A stretch of 64,000 bases of DNA from Minisyncoccota bacterium (GCA_041659205.1 JBAZYS010000004.1:587-64586); one strand, 5' to 3'. Numbered from the stretch's first letter, positions 47,316-58,637 are shown. Notes: generated by a model from the sequence alone, not told the origin. Numbers and translations: made by a program.

Positions 47316-49172
47316 ATGTTTATTAAATCTGTTTTAAAAGAAAAAAGTCTGACCCTTGTGATAACTCTCGTGAGTATTTTATCTATAGTTTTATATATTT
47401 TTTTATATTTAAATGGGAAAGATGAATTAGGAAAAGAAATATTAAAATGGGTGCTTTTCCTCGGCTCAATACCAATATGGTTTAACTTAATTAAAGAAAT
47501 AATTAAAAAAAATCTAGGAGTCGATCTGATCGCGAGTGTCGCATTGTTTGCTACATTCTTTTTCGGTCAATATTTAGCTGGACTCATAATTCTTCTTATG
47601 CTCTCAGGGGGAGAAGCACTTGAGAGCTATGCATTCTTTCGTGCACGCCGAGACTTATCTCTATTGCTTTCTAGAGCACCAAACAAAGCTCATTTAACTG
47701 ATGGAAAAACTATTACAGATGTTCCAATAGAAGAAGTACAAATAGGACAAAAAGTAATAGTTAAACCCGGAGAAGTAATCCCCATCGATGGAATAGTCGA
47801 AGAAGGAAATACTTATGTCGACGAATCAACTCTATCTGGAGAGAGCAATCCTGTACAAAAAAGTGAAGGATCATTCGTATACTCTGGAACAGTAAATCAA
47901 AACAGTACAATGACGCTCCTGGTCACGAAGCTCGCTAGTGAGAGCTCTTATGCACACATAGTAAAACTGGTACAAGAAGCAGAACAAAGTCGTGCACCAA
48001 TGATAAGACTCGCAGACCGTTATAGTATTTATTTTACTATTACTACATTTATATTCGCTGCTGGTACATGGTTTCTGACACATGACATTGTTCGGATGCT
48101 CGCCGTGCTCGTGGTAGCCACACCCTGCCCACTCATATTGGCTACTCCTATCGCAATAATTTCAGGCATGAGCAAGATAACAAAACATGGAATAATAGTG
48201 AAGAATGGTGGAGCATTAGAAAAGCTCGCCGAAGCGCGAAGTTTCGTTTTTGATAAAACAGGAACAGTGACAATAGGCACACCACAGATAGATAGAGTTT
48301 TCTCTTATGAAGGGGATGAGGACAAGCTCGTACGCATCGCTGGGTCACTCGACCAGCTCTCAGCCCACGTACTCGCAGAAGCCATGGTAACTGAAGCAGA
48401 AAAAAGAAAATTAAAACTTTCATTTCCTACAGATTTTAAAGAAGAATTCGGTGGTGGAGTCGAAGGAAACGTGGATGGTGTAAAATATATCTTTGGAAAA
48501 TTATCTTATGTAAAGAAATTTATACCCGAGCTTCCAGGAGATATTGAAAAGACTTTAGAAGAATTTAAAAATGAGGGAAAATCTGTCGTCTTCTTAGCGC
48601 ATGAAAAAAGTGTGATGGGTTATATCGTCCTCGATGACAAACTTCGCAGTGATTCACATGAACTTTTCGATGAATTACGCAAGGACGGCATTCAGAGAAT
48701 TATTTTACTCTCTGGCGACAAGCAAAGTGTCGCAGATAGAATAGGGACGGCACTTAATATAAAAGAAGTTTATTCGGAGTGTTTACCGGAAGACAAATTG
48801 CGAATAATAAAAGAAATACCAGCTACAGACAGGCCTTGTGTCATGGTGGGTGATGGTATCAATGATGCTCCGGCACTGGCTCAAGCCGAAGTAGGCATTG
48901 CTTTAGGCTCAAAAGGAAAGACAGCATCAAGCGAGAGCGCCGATATGGTGATATTAGGCGAAGGCATAAATCGTATTCATGATGTTTATCATATAGCTCA
49001 AAAGACCATCAATGTAGCCAAACAAGGTATCTTTATCGGTATTGGATTAAGCGTAGGCGCAATGATATTAGGAAGTGTAGGAATCATCTCACCACTTGCA
49101 GGAGCCTTGATCCAAGAGGTGATAGACCTGATAGTCATCATAAACGCACTGCGCGTGTCACAAATAGTCTAA
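47316..49172 (+). CDS. Heavy-metal P1B-type ATPase (P1B-5-like)
   Basis: SGES, TPCP, DKTGT, GDGIND, QEVID. Confidence 0.92.
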   Translation: MFIKSVLKEKSLTLVITLVSILSIVLYIFLYLNGKDELGKEILKWVLFLGSIPIWFNLIKEIIKKNLGVDLIASVALFATFFFGQYLAGLIILLMLSGGEALESYAFFRARRDLSLLLSRAPNKAHLTDGKTITDVPIEEVQIGQKVIVKPGEVIPIDGIVEEGNTYVDESTLSGESNPVQKSEGSFVYSGTVNQNSTMTLLVTKLASESSYAHIVKLVQEAEQSRAPMIRLADRYSIYFTITTFIFAAGTWFLTHDIVRMLAVLVVATPCPLILATPIAIISGMSKITKHGIIVKNGGALEKLAEARSFVFDKTGTVTIGTPQIDRVFSYEGDEDKLVRIAGSLDQLSAHVLAEAMVTEAEKRKLKLSFPTDFKEEFGGGVEGNVDGVKYIFGKLSYVKKFIPELPGDIEKTLEEFKNEGKSVVFLAHEKSVMGYIVLDDKLRSDSHELFDELRKDGIQRIILLSGDKQSVADRIGTALNIKEVYSECLPEDKLRIIKEIPATDRPCVMVGDGINDAPALAQAEVGIALGSKGKTASSESADMVILGEGINRIHDVYHIAQKTINVAKQGIFIGIGLSVGAMILGSVGIISPLAGALIQEVIDLIVIINALRVSQIV

Positions 49173-49174
49173 AA

Positions 49175-49741
49175 TTACGAGCTAAATTCTTCCATTAATT
49201 TTTCTGCACTTTGCCCTGTGTAGAGTATGGTTTTTAAGTTGGGGCATTTTTTGAAATCAAGATCTTCAAAAAACATGGTTCTATTGTCTACAAAAAATAC
49301 TTTTTCATTTTTATTGTCATCACAAATTTCTTCAATTGTTTCTTTTTTAGAACCTGGGACTATATAAATTTTCTTAAATAAATTTCCAATACCACTATAT
49401 TTTATTTTATCTTGATTAAATTCATGTTCACCGTTTGTTATTATATAGCAATTATCTTTTCCAAATTTTTCTACTAATCTAATAAGCGGAACATTCATAA
49501 ATTTTGAACACTCTGTCATTATTGTTTCATAAGTTTCATCTGCATCTAATTTTACATTGCAACGATTAAAAAGAGTTTTTATAAAATCTCTCAAAGAAAA
49601 TTCTTTTACACGAACTTCCAAATAATATTCCCTAGCTTTATCTTCTGGCACCCCAGCTTCAGAAATAGCCTTAAATATACGTGCTTTGAGTTGCACTGTA
49701 TTATTAAACAAAACATCATCAAAATCAAAAATGTACTTCAT
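49175..49741 (-). CDS. HAD-family hydrolase
   Basis: FDFDDVL, ITNG, FVDN. Confidence 0.8.
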   Translation of the reverse strand: MKYIFDFDDVLFNNTVQLKARIFKAISEAGVPEDKAREYYLEVRVKEFSLRDFIKTLFNRCNVKLDADETYETIMTECSKFMNVPLIRLVEKFGKDNCYIITNGEHEFNQDKIKYSGIGNLFKKIYIVPGSKKETIEEICDDNKNEKVFFVDNRTMFFEDLDFKKCPNLKTILYTGQSAEKLMEEFSS

Positions 49742-50715
49742 TTGTTTATTATTTCTTTTATGCAGTTAGCTAATTTTTCAGAATCGTGACGGATGAACCC
49801 TTTAGTGCTGGGTATAACATCAGCAGCCGCTCTTTCGAAAAATACATGTGAGAGCAGGGGAGCTCTGACGACTCTGTCGTCCTTGAAATCATCTTCGATG
49901 AGCACTCCATCACCTTCTTCTAATTTATAACGTTCTACTTGCTCAAGGGATGGCTCTTCATTGTTAACTAAAATTACATCGACTAATTTACCGAGATATT
50001 TCTCTACATCATTTACATAATTACTTACTTTAAAGCTCGTAGTATGACCTAATTTATTTGTGAGGTTAATAGGCAGAATAATTTTTGCTTTACTTTCTAT
50101 GATAGCCTCCTTGAAACCACTCACGATCAAATTCGGAACAAGAGAACAGTAATAATTCCCGGGGCCGAGAATAACATAATCAGCTTTTAATAGAGCCTCT
50201 TTCGCATGTTCGTTTAATTCTACGTTGTCTTTATAAAAAATCTTATCAATGCCAACATCTTGCAGATTTGAATGATTAATTTCATTTTCTCCTTCAATTA
50301 ATTTTCCATTGGAAAGTAATATAGATAATTCTGCTTTATTGCTCGTTATGGGTATCACGACACCATTTACTTTCAGAATTCCTGATGCTACCTCAACCCC
50401 CTCAATAAAATTTCCAGTTACTTTCTCCAGAGCAGCGAGGAAAATATTACCAAAGTTATGCCCTTTTAAAGTACCTTCACTAAACCTATAATTCATAAGC
50501 TTACGTACTATGTCAGTATGTTCACTTAGGGCTACTAAACACTGCCGGACATCTCCAGGCGGGAGAACACCGAGTTCATCTCGAAGTACTCCAGTAGATC
50601 CGCCATCATCAGCCATCGAAACAAGTGCCGACAAAGAAACATCGGGGATGTGTTTGAGCCCTGAGAGAACAGTGTAGCTACCCGTACCCCCGCCAATTGT
50701 TACAATATTTTTCAC
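49738..50715 (-). CDS. YvcK/GlmR (CofD-related) protein
   Basis: GGGTG, DDGGSTG.LR, PPGD, GPG, RHD; TATACT-N6-GTG start. Confidence 0.92.
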   Translation of the reverse strand: MKNIVTIGGGTGSYTVLSGLKHIPDVSLSALVSMADDGGSTGVLRDELGVLPPGDVRQCLVALSEHTDIVRKLMNYRFSEGTLKGHNFGNIFLAALEKVTGNFIEGVEVASGILKVNGVVIPITSNKAELSILLSNGKLIEGENEINHSNLQDVGIDKIFYKDNVELNEHAKEALLKADYVILGPGNYYCSLVPNLIVSGFKEAIIESKAKIILPINLTNKLGHTTSFKVSNYVNDVEKYLGKLVDVILVNNEEPSLEQVERYKLEEGDGVLIEDDFKDDRVVRAPLLSHVFFERAAADVIPSTKGFIRHDSEKLANCIKEIINK

Positions 50716-50751
50716 TATCACAGTATAACAAAAATAGTGTATACTTTAAAT

Positions 50752-51822
50752 ATGAGAATCATAGATGATATAAAATTAGATTATCAAGATGTATTACTTC
50801 GGCCCAAAAGGAGCACACTAAAATCCAGGAAAGATGTGATCCTAGAGAGGACTTTTTCTTTTTATCATTCTCCGAAGAAGTGGACTGGCATTCCCATAAT
50901 GACTGCGAACATGGCCACATGCGGAACTTTCGAAATGGCTAAAATACTTTCCAAGTATAAAATGATTACAACTTTTCATAAATATTATTCTGTTAAGGAT
51001 TATGAGAAATTTTTTAAAACTTTTAATGACCCAGACTTTATTGCATACACCTCTGGAATACGTGAACAAGATATCAAACAATTAAAACTTATGAAAGACA
51101 AAGGACTGCTTGAAAAGTTCTCTTTCATTTGCCTTGATGTACCAAATGGCTATTTACAGCATTTTCTCGAGACAATAAAAAATGTTAGGAAGATGTGTCC
51201 GAAACATATCATCATCGCCGGGAATGTGGCAACCAATGAAATTACTGAGGAAATCATTTTAGCAGGTGCAGATATTGTAAAGATTGGCATAGGCCCAGGC
51301 TCTGCATGCACCACGAGGAAAATGACAGGCGTAGGATACCCACAACTCTCTGCCGTCATAGAATGCGCAGACTCTGCTCACGGCATAGCAAATGGTATGA
51401 GCGTAGGCAGGATAATAGCCGATGGGGGACAACAATATCCTTCAGACATTGCGAAGGCTTTCTGCGGAGGTGCAGATTTTAATTTATTCGGATCAATGTT
51501 TTCAGGTTTTGAGCAAAGTGGAGGAAAAACTATTACAAAAAATGGTCAAAAATTTAAGGAATACTTCGGCTCCTCATCAAACAAAGCCATGGAGGATTTT
51601 TATGGTAAAAAGGATGCTCACAGAGCGAGCGAAGGCAGATATACCCTTATTCCTCACAAAGGAGACATACATGTTTTCATTCAGGACATGCTGGGCTCAC
51701 TAAGAAGCACAGCCACCTATATAGGAGCAAGACAGTTAAAAGAATTTCCCCAAAGAGCTACTTTTATAAAAGTAAGTAGACAGCTAACTTCTTACCTTGA
51801 GAAATATGATATGGGAAAATAA
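50752..51822 (+). CDS. guaC: GMP reductase
   Basis: DVLLRPKRSTL.SR, GIGPGSACTTR, YPQLSAV, RASEG. Confidence 0.93.
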   Translation: MRIIDDIKLDYQDVLLRPKRSTLKSRKDVILERTFSFYHSPKKWTGIPIMTANMATCGTFEMAKILSKYKMITTFHKYYSVKDYEKFFKTFNDPDFIAYTSGIREQDIKQLKLMKDKGLLEKFSFICLDVPNGYLQHFLETIKNVRKMCPKHIIIAGNVATNEITEEIILAGADIVKIGIGPGSACTTRKMTGVGYPQLSAVIECADSAHGIANGMSVGRIIADGGQQYPSDIAKAFCGGADFNLFGSMFSGFEQSGGKTITKNGQKFKEYFGSSSNKAMEDFYGKKDAHRASEGRYTLIPHKGDIHVFIQDMLGSLRSTATYIGARQLKEFPQRATFIKVSRQLTSYLEKYDMGK

Positions 51823-51826
51823 TCTT

Positions 51827-52681
51827 ATGACTAAAAGAAATATTGGAATAATATTGTTATTATTATTTTTTCTATTACCATTTAATTTAGTAAATGCGCA
51901 GAGTTCCAATGCTGGTTTTGTCCCAGGAAATATTTGGTATTCTAAAGACCCATTTGAAGAAGGGGATAAAGTACAAATATATACAGTCGTTTTTAACCCT
52001 GAAAAAAGAGAACTCTCAGGTACGATAGTTTTCTTTGATAATAACGTTTTTCTAGGGAAAAAGGACTTCGTAGCTGAAGCAAAAGGTGTTAAAGATATCT
52101 ATATTGACTGGACTGTAAATGTCGGGAATCATAGCATTTTCGCTAAAATTGAAAACGCCAAATTTCTAGTTTCAAAAGGGAAGTATGAAGAAGTATTCTT
52201 AGCAGAAAATGAGACAAGCAAAAGCTCACGTACGGTTAGTAAAAAAATAACTACCGGGATCGACGATGCCGGGTCAAAAATTAATTCTGTTGTAGATACT
52301 GTCGGCACCCTTAGCTCTGAGTCAGTGGGTAATATAAAAAAAATTATAGGAGAAAATACGCCAAATTTTATTTCTGAGCCTGTAGTCTCAACTACAAACA
52401 TTGTAGAAAAATTTCGCACTGATGTTGGTCTAAGCTCGGAAAATAAAAAAGTTGAAATTAACAATCAAATAAAATCACTAGATACAAGCAAGAGTGATGC
52501 CTCAAATACTTCTCCGACAAAAACAGCTGAACCTAATGTATTATTAAAACCATTCAAATATGCTGAACTTTTCTTCTTCACCCTCCTCGCATTTATTGTA
52601 AATAATCCATTTATCTTTTATGGATTTATCATTGCAATTATATTTTATATTTTACGCATGATTTGGCGTTTAATTTTCTAA
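51827..52681 (+). CDS. Secreted Ig/CARDB-like protein with a C-terminal TM anchor
   Basis: Signal peptide, beta-rich domain (DWT...GNHSIFAKI), C-terminal hydrophobic helix. Confidence 0.7.
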   Translation: MTKRNIGIILLLLFFLLPFNLVNAQSSNAGFVPGNIWYSKDPFEEGDKVQIYTVVFNPEKRELSGTIVFFDNNVFLGKKDFVAEAKGVKDIYIDWTVNVGNHSIFAKIENAKFLVSKGKYEEVFLAENETSKSSRTVSKKITTGIDDAGSKINSVVDTVGTLSSESVGNIKKIIGENTPNFISEPVVSTTNIVEKFRTDVGLSSENKKVEINNQIKSLDTSKSDASNTSPTKTAEPNVLLKPFKYAELFFFTLLAFIVNNPFIFYGFIIAIIFYILRMIWRLIF

Positions 52682-52724
52682 ATAATGAATTTGTATTTTG
52701 ACCCAAAGCGTGTAATATAAGAAT

Positions 52725-52988
52725 ATGTTACCTAGAATACTTGCATCTATCGTCTTACTATTTTCAGTATTATTTATGCCTTTTTGGGTGTCAGTCATTT
52801 TCGCCCTCTGTGCAATGTTGTATTTTTCTCTATTCTGGGAGGCAGTTGTAATATTTCTATTATCTGACTTACTTTATGGAATAAAGGAAACAAAAAGTTT
52901 CCATGCAATCTTTATTTCATTCACTGTCACATTAATATTTTTAATATTAATTGAAATAATAAAGAAAAAAGTAAAGTTCTACAATTAA
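52725..52988 (+). CDS. Small membrane protein coupled to the PBP2 gene
   Basis: 87 aa, hydrophobic; TAATG stop/start overlap. Confidence 0.65.
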   Translation: MLPRILASIVLLFSVLFMPFWVSVIFALCAMLYFSLFWEAVVIFLLSDLLYGIKETKSFHAIFISFTVTLIFLILIEIIKKKVKFYN

Positions 52989-54682
52989 TGATAAAAAAAT
53001 TATTAAAAAAAAATAACTTGAAACTCAAAAATTCGTTTGTCGAGCCTGACGAGATTTTTCTAGATTCAAAAAATTTGCAAAACTTTGACCGTCAACAATT
53101 TGAGGGACGAATAGAAAAACCAATCCCGAAGAAAACGATAATACTTTTGGGTATGTTATTTTTATTTTTTTCTACTATCTTTGGCTCTCGCCTTGTTTAC
53201 CTTCAGATACACAATGGTGCTACTTATTACAAAAGAAGCCAAAACAATGTCCTAGAGAAAGCGATCATCTTTACTGATAGGGGAATTATTTATGACCGCA
53301 ATAAAGTAGAAATGACCTGGAATAAAAAAACGGAAGAGGCTCCTTTGCCCACTCGAGCATACTTATCTCCTGGATTTTCTCATATTTTAGGATACGTGAG
53401 TTACCCTTCAGTTGATAGTTCTGGAAATTATTGGCAAGGAGAATTTATTGGCAAGGATGGCCTCGAAAAGCAATACAATAATGAATTAAAAGGAGAAAAT
53501 GGAGCAAAAATAATAGAAACTGATGCTCTCGGCAAGGTATATTCTGAAAATATCGTAAATACCCCCAAGCAGGGTACTGATCTTTATACAAGCATAGATT
53601 CAAAAGTGCAGAAACAATTATTCATTTTAATTAGAGATTTATCCGAAAGCAAAACCTTTACCGGCGGAGCGGGGATAATAATGGACATCAAGAATGGTGA
53701 ACTATTAACTTCTACAAGTTATCCTGAATATAATTCAGAAGTTCTTTCTTTTGGAAAAGATTCTGTGCAAATTAATAAATACTTAACTGATAAAAGAAAA
53801 GTTTTCTTGGACAGAGACATTTCTGGACTCTATACTCCAGGGTCAATCGTTAAACCATTTTTTGCTCTAGGGGCACTTACTGAAGGTGTGATTGATCCAT
53901 TTAAAAAAATACTTTCAACTGGCTCAATCTCAATTCCAAACCCATATTTTCCTGACCAAAAAACTGTTTTCAAAGACTGGCGAGTAAATGGTTGGACAAA
54001 TATGATGGAAGCACTTGCCGTCTCATCCGATGTTTATTTTTATGAAGTTGGAGGGGGATTTGAGGGCCAGAAGGGACTCGGAATAGCGAACATTGAAAAA
54101 TATGCCAACTTATTTGGCTTCGGCGAAAAAACGGGAATTGATTTACCTGATGAGAAAAAGGGAACTATTCCTAGTCCAGAATGGAAATTAAAAAACTTTA
54201 AAAATGATCCTTGGCGCATTGGAGACACTTATCATACGGCAATTGGTCAATATGGTTTTCAGGTAACTCCAATGGAAATGGTTCGCGCAGCAGGAGCTAT
54301 AGCAAATAATGGAAAATTATTAACCCCTCATTTAATTTTAGGAGATACGGAAAAAGAAAATCAATTTACAACAGTTGATTTAAAAAATGAATATTTTAAT
54401 ACTGTACATAAGGGTATGCGACTCGCAGTAACTATGGGAACAGCTGCATCACTCAATGTGCCTTATGTAGAAGTCGCTGCGAAAACTGGTACAGCTCAGC
54501 TTGGTGTCGCTAAAAACAAGGTGAACTCTTGGATCATTGGATTTTTCCCTTATGAAAATCCTCGATACTCTTTTGCAATAATGATGGAAGCTGGACCAAA
54601 TACGAACAGCGTCGGTGCTTCATCTATTGCTCGTGGTTTATTTGACTGGATGTCCATAAATACACCTGAATATTTCAAGTAA
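52988..54682 (+). CDS. mrdA: Class B penicillin-binding protein (PBP2-like)
   Basis: RGIIYDRN, PGSIVK (SxxK), SSD, KTGTAQ. Confidence 0.85.
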   Translation: MIKKLLKKNNLKLKNSFVEPDEIFLDSKNLQNFDRQQFEGRIEKPIPKKTIILLGMLFLFFSTIFGSRLVYLQIHNGATYYKRSQNNVLEKAIIFTDRGIIYDRNKVEMTWNKKTEEAPLPTRAYLSPGFSHILGYVSYPSVDSSGNYWQGEFIGKDGLEKQYNNELKGENGAKIIETDALGKVYSENIVNTPKQGTDLYTSIDSKVQKQLFILIRDLSESKTFTGGAGIIMDIKNGELLTSTSYPEYNSEVLSFGKDSVQINKYLTDKRKVFLDRDISGLYTPGSIVKPFFALGALTEGVIDPFKKILSTGSISIPNPYFPDQKTVFKDWRVNGWTNMMEALAVSSDVYFYEVGGGFEGQKGLGIANIEKYANLFGFGEKTGIDLPDEKKGTIPSPEWKLKNFKNDPWRIGDTYHTAIGQYGFQVTPMEMVRAAGAIANNGKLLTPHLILGDTEKENQFTTVDLKNEYFNTVHKGMRLAVTMGTAASLNVPYVEVAAKTGTAQLGVAKNKVNSWIIGFFPYENPRYSFAIMMEAGPNTNSVGASSIARGLFDWMSINTPEYFK

Positions 54683-54837
54683 AAACGCAAATTAAGGGGT
54701 AAAATACTATCCACCCGTTATGCACTTTTTTTTTGACAAAATTTCTACTATGTTGTAGTATTAATGAATATAAAATAATTTTAGACAAACCGGTCCTTTG
54801 CCTTAAAAAAGTAAATTAACATAAATCTTTTATAGTT

Positions 54838-57072
54838 ATGAATAAACTGTCTTTTAAGAAAATTCTCGTATTATTAACAACCCCGCTATTTTTAGTTGGT
54901 GGTTTTTTTGTAGCGAATGTGTTTGCAGGTGTAGCACAAGTCATCACTAGCCCTGCTACTTCTATAACTACAAATGATGCAGCACTTAATGGTATTAATG
55001 GACCTAGTGATGCTACCGGGCATTCGTTTTGGGTTTCTCTAGCAACTTTTGATACCTCAAGCCCAACAATTCCAGCTGGCGTGTATTCTACACCTGACCT
55101 GGGAGCGATCTCTGCAGATACTTCTTTCTCTGCCACTCTTTCATCTATTACAACTTCTGGTGTCCCTGGAAATCTTCCTGCGATAACACCAAATACAACA
55201 TATTATTTCGTGGCATGGTCTCTTGTTGGGGGAACATGGTATCCTGGCGCAATATTATCTTTCAACACAGACCCAATTCCAACACCAGACTGCAATGGGA
55301 GTAGTTTTGATAGTTTTACTTTGGGCTCAGTAAATGGTCAAGGTGGATGGGGAGTAACTGGTTCATACGATCAAGCTGTTGTTGCTAACACTTTTAGTTA
55401 TCCAACCTTCGGTTGCCAAACCCTTAGAATATCAGACTCTGTAACCAGTGGTTCATTCGGTGACCAAATTTTTGCTAATCCTGAAGTTAATGGTGCAGGG
55501 GAAACAGACTCTACTGCAGCTGGTTTTTCAATAGGAACACTTCAAAATCATTTCGAAGCTCAGTTTGATATTGCGTCTACGGTGCAAAGTTATCAACCTG
55601 GTATGCATATGTCAATTTCTCCAGATCGTGGAGATGGATCACGAATGAGTTACCTAAGATTAGAAGATTCTACTGATGGTATAAATGTTTTCTTTGATGA
55701 TGTTCAAAGTGAAAATGCTGGTTTTCAGGCAGCTAACTTTGTCGAAACTCAAGTTGCAAGTAACCTAAATCGTTCAGTACCTCATACTTTTAAATTTGTT
55801 ATGGATTTTCATGATGGTTCTTCCAACGATATAGTGAAGGTCTACATAGATGGCTCTCTTGTCCACACTGGTACAAGTTGGGAAAATTATTATCGTTTTG
55901 ACACTGAAGCATCAGCTGAACAGACCCCTAGAATCGTAAAGACAGTATTGTTCCGCGAAAGTGGAGCAAACACTCCAGCAGATGCTGGTAACGGATTTTT
56001 AATTGATAATTATTCTATTTCTTCTTCAATCCTTAATCCAAATCCTACTACATTAGCTGCTACTGATGATCACGTAGATGATGCAACGATAAACGGAACA
56101 AATGGTGGATATGATGCAGCGGGGCATTCATTCTGGGTTTCATTGGCTCCATTTTCTACAGTAAGCCCAACAATTCCAGCTGATGTTTATTCTACACCTG
56201 ATCTTGGTGCTATTTCTGCTGGAGCTCCTTTCTCTGCCACACTTTCATCTGTTACAACTACAGGTGTTCCAACGAATCTTCCTCCAATAACTTCAAGCAC
56301 AAGATATTATTTCGTTGCTTGGTCTCTAGTAAATGGTACATGGTATCCAGGAGAAATGTTAAGTGTAGATACAGTCACACCTTTTGAAAATCCTCCTGCG
56401 CCAGTAGTTCATATTTCAGCCTTACCTTTGACTCTCACAGAAGGTGGCACAACAGTTATCACATACACAACAGAAAATATTGACGGTTGTACTAAAGCAG
56501 GAGACTGGTCTGGATCAACTGAAGGCTCTGGTTCTGACACAGTAGGTCCACTTTCTGCTGGTACTTATACTTATACACTTAACTGTAATGGTATTCCTGG
56601 CACGCACAGAGGTGCAAGTGGAAGTGTTACGGTCACTGTCACTTCTATTCCTCGCGGAGGCGGAGGATCAAATACTTATGGTACACCTCCATCCACTCCG
56701 CCTGTAGTTGGCGAAGTGCTAGGTGCTTCAACAGGACCAGACCAAAGAGAAATAGGAGGATGTGACATGAGAACAACTGGATTTAGTATAACTACTGGAG
56801 AGTCATGCATAAATAATATTCCGCATAGCGATGGAAAAGTTCTAGGTGCGGAAACATTCCAATTTTATAGAACACTAAAATATGGTATGACAGGGGATGA
56901 TGTATTAGAGCTTCATAAAAAACTCACAGTCTTAGGATATTATAAAGGTCCTATTGATGATGGATTTGGTTATATTCTAGAAGCAGCAATAAAAGCATTT
57001 CAAAAGGCAAATCCTCCATTAAAAATGGATGGAATTGTAGGTCCGGAAACTAGAGAAATACTTAATAAATAA
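54838..57072 (+). CDS. Surface protein with duplicated FN3-like domains and a C-terminal peptidoglycan-binding domain
   Basis: Signal peptide; two ~100-aa GHSFWVSL...YYFVAWSLV.GTWYPG repeats; L..GM.GDDV..L...DGIVGP.T. Confidence 0.85.
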   Translation: MNKLSFKKILVLLTTPLFLVGGFFVANVFAGVAQVITSPATSITTNDAALNGINGPSDATGHSFWVSLATFDTSSPTIPAGVYSTPDLGAISADTSFSATLSSITTSGVPGNLPAITPNTTYYFVAWSLVGGTWYPGAILSFNTDPIPTPDCNGSSFDSFTLGSVNGQGGWGVTGSYDQAVVANTFSYPTFGCQTLRISDSVTSGSFGDQIFANPEVNGAGETDSTAAGFSIGTLQNHFEAQFDIASTVQSYQPGMHMSISPDRGDGSRMSYLRLEDSTDGINVFFDDVQSENAGFQAANFVETQVASNLNRSVPHTFKFVMDFHDGSSNDIVKVYIDGSLVHTGTSWENYYRFDTEASAEQTPRIVKTVLFRESGANTPADAGNGFLIDNYSISSSILNPNPTTLAATDDHVDDATINGTNGGYDAAGHSFWVSLAPFSTVSPTIPADVYSTPDLGAISAGAPFSATLSSVTTTGVPTNLPPITSSTRYYFVAWSLVNGTWYPGEMLSVDTVTPFENPPAPVVHISALPLTLTEGGTTVITYTTENIDGCTKAGDWSGSTEGSGSDTVGPLSAGTYTYTLNCNGIPGTHRGASGSVTVTVTSIPRGGGGSNTYGTPPSTPPVVGEVLGASTGPDQREIGGCDMRTTGFSITTGESCINNIPHSDGKVLGAETFQFYRTLKYGMTGDDVLELHKKLTVLGYYKGPIDDGFGYILEAAIKAFQKANPPLKMDGIVGPETREILNK

Positions 57073-57078
57073 TTTTTT

Positions 57079-57116
57079 AAAAACAAATTCCCCACTAAAT
57101 ATGTGGGTTTTGTTTT
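57079..57116 (+). terminator. Intrinsic terminator
   Basis: AAAACAAATTCCCAC-TAAATAT-GTGGGTTTTGTTTT. Confidence 0.7.
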
Positions 57117-57245
57117 AACTGGTTGCATATTTAGTTATATACACATTATGCACTTATTACCTTGACACCTTCTTTTTTTTATTATAAAAATAAGATTAAG
57201 TTTTAAAATTATTAACAATAATATTAGTAATATAAATAGAAATAT

Positions 57246-58637
57246 ATGAAAAAATATCTATCTATCGGTTTTATGTCTGTGTTGGTTTTTGGAGGATTAG
57301 TGGTCGCAAATAAAGCAAACGCAACAGTAGCGCCTGGTCCAACAGTGGGTACTATTTTAATAACCCCCTCTGTGGTTAAGGATGAAGTACTTTATATTGG
57401 TAAATTAACAAGTATTTCAGCACCAATAGAAGATACAACTGGTTTTGGAATTGATCCAACTTCATGCGTATATGTCATTGATGGTGGTAGTACAAGTGGT
57501 ACACCTGTGCCAGATGCATACGTTGATTCAAATTGTGTTTTTACGGATCTAGATACTTCTGCTGCTCACGGTAGTTTAAATGTCAAAGTAAGGGATCTTG
57601 AAGGGGGAACTGGTTTGGGCAGATGGACTGTTTTTACCTTAGATATTACTCCTCCAGAAATTGCACCTCATGATAAAATTACAGTTGAAACAGTGGCCAC
57701 TTCCGCAAACATAAGTACAGGAGTAGCTGTTGACTACACTGCACCTGATGCTACTGATAACGTAGATGCAACAGCACCAGCTACCTGTCTTCCTGCTTCG
57801 GGCTCTATTTTTCCATTTGGTATAACTAATGTTAAGTGTAACAAAACAGACACATTAGGAAATGTTGCGACAGAAACAAATTTTGATATCAAAGTTCAAG
57901 ATACAATCGACCCAATAATTGTTCAAGCTGATGGAGCTTATTCAATCAAAAAAACTGGCCCGAATACAATAGAAGTTCTTTTTGATGGTGAATTACAAAA
58001 TAATCCAAGTGGACATCACCCAAGTGCTAGTGATTTCTACGCTTACAACGACCTAGATAGTTCTGAAGACTTTAGTGGAGGAGATGTATCATATGGAATT
58101 ATTGATGACGCTGTAAGCTATTCAAACAGTACACATACTGTATTCATAAATTTAACGAATTCAATAAATGCTGGAGACAAACCAAGATTATTAGTTGCTG
58201 ATACTCGAGCATCCCTTGTTGATTTTGCTAATAATTATTTTAACGATGGAAATTGGTTTGACCAGCCTGTGATAGACCCAACACCAAGAGGCGGTGGAGC
58301 ACTTATGTCTTACCCTGAGCAAACTCCTCCTCCTGTAGCACCTGTAGACCAAACACCTCCTCCAGTCACAGAACAACCAGCTCTTCCACCTACTTCTGGA
58401 GAAGTTCTCGGTGCAGAGACATATCAATTCACTCGAACACTAAGGCGTGGAATGAAAGGGGATGATGTGTTAGAACTTCATAAAAAACTTACAGAATTAG
58501 GATTCTACAAAGGTGTTATAGATGATATCTTTGGTAGAGAATTAGAAAAAGCTGTAAAAGAATATCAAAAGGCAAATCCTCCATTAAAAATTGATGGAAT
58601 CGTAGGTCCGAAAACAAGAGCAGTACTTAATAAATAA
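57246..58637 (+). CDS. Surface protein with HYR and peptidoglycan-binding domains
   Basis: ATDNVD...C.PASGSIFPFGIT.V.C..TD..GN HYR pattern; Pro-rich linker; PG-binding C-terminus. Confidence 0.85.
   Translation: MKKYLSIGFMSVLVFGGLVVANKANATVAPGPTVGTILITPSVVKDEVLYIGKLTSISAPIEDTTGFGIDPTSCVYVIDGGSTSGTPVPDAYVDSNCVFTDLDTSAAHGSLNVKVRDLEGGTGLGRWTVFTLDITPPEIAPHDKITVETVATSANISTGVAVDYTAPDATDNVDATAPATCLPASGSIFPFGITNVKCNKTDTLGNVATETNFDIKVQDTIDPIIVQADGAYSIKKTGPNTIEVLFDGELQNNPSGHHPSASDFYAYNDLDSSEDFSGGDVSYGIIDDAVSYSNSTHTVFINLTNSINAGDKPRLLVADTRASLVDFANNYFNDGNWFDQPVIDPTPRGGGALMSYPEQTPPPVAPVDQTPPPVTEQPALPPTSGEVLGAETYQFTRTLRRGMKGDDVLELHKKLTELGFYKGVIDDIFGRELEKAVKEYQKANPPLKIDGIVGPKTRAVLNK

Noticed and set aside
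54705-57160. DnaA boxes / oriC from TATCCAC- and TTATGCAC-like words
   Set aside because: Few and imperfect matches, no dnaA context; more likely promoter-proximal motifs
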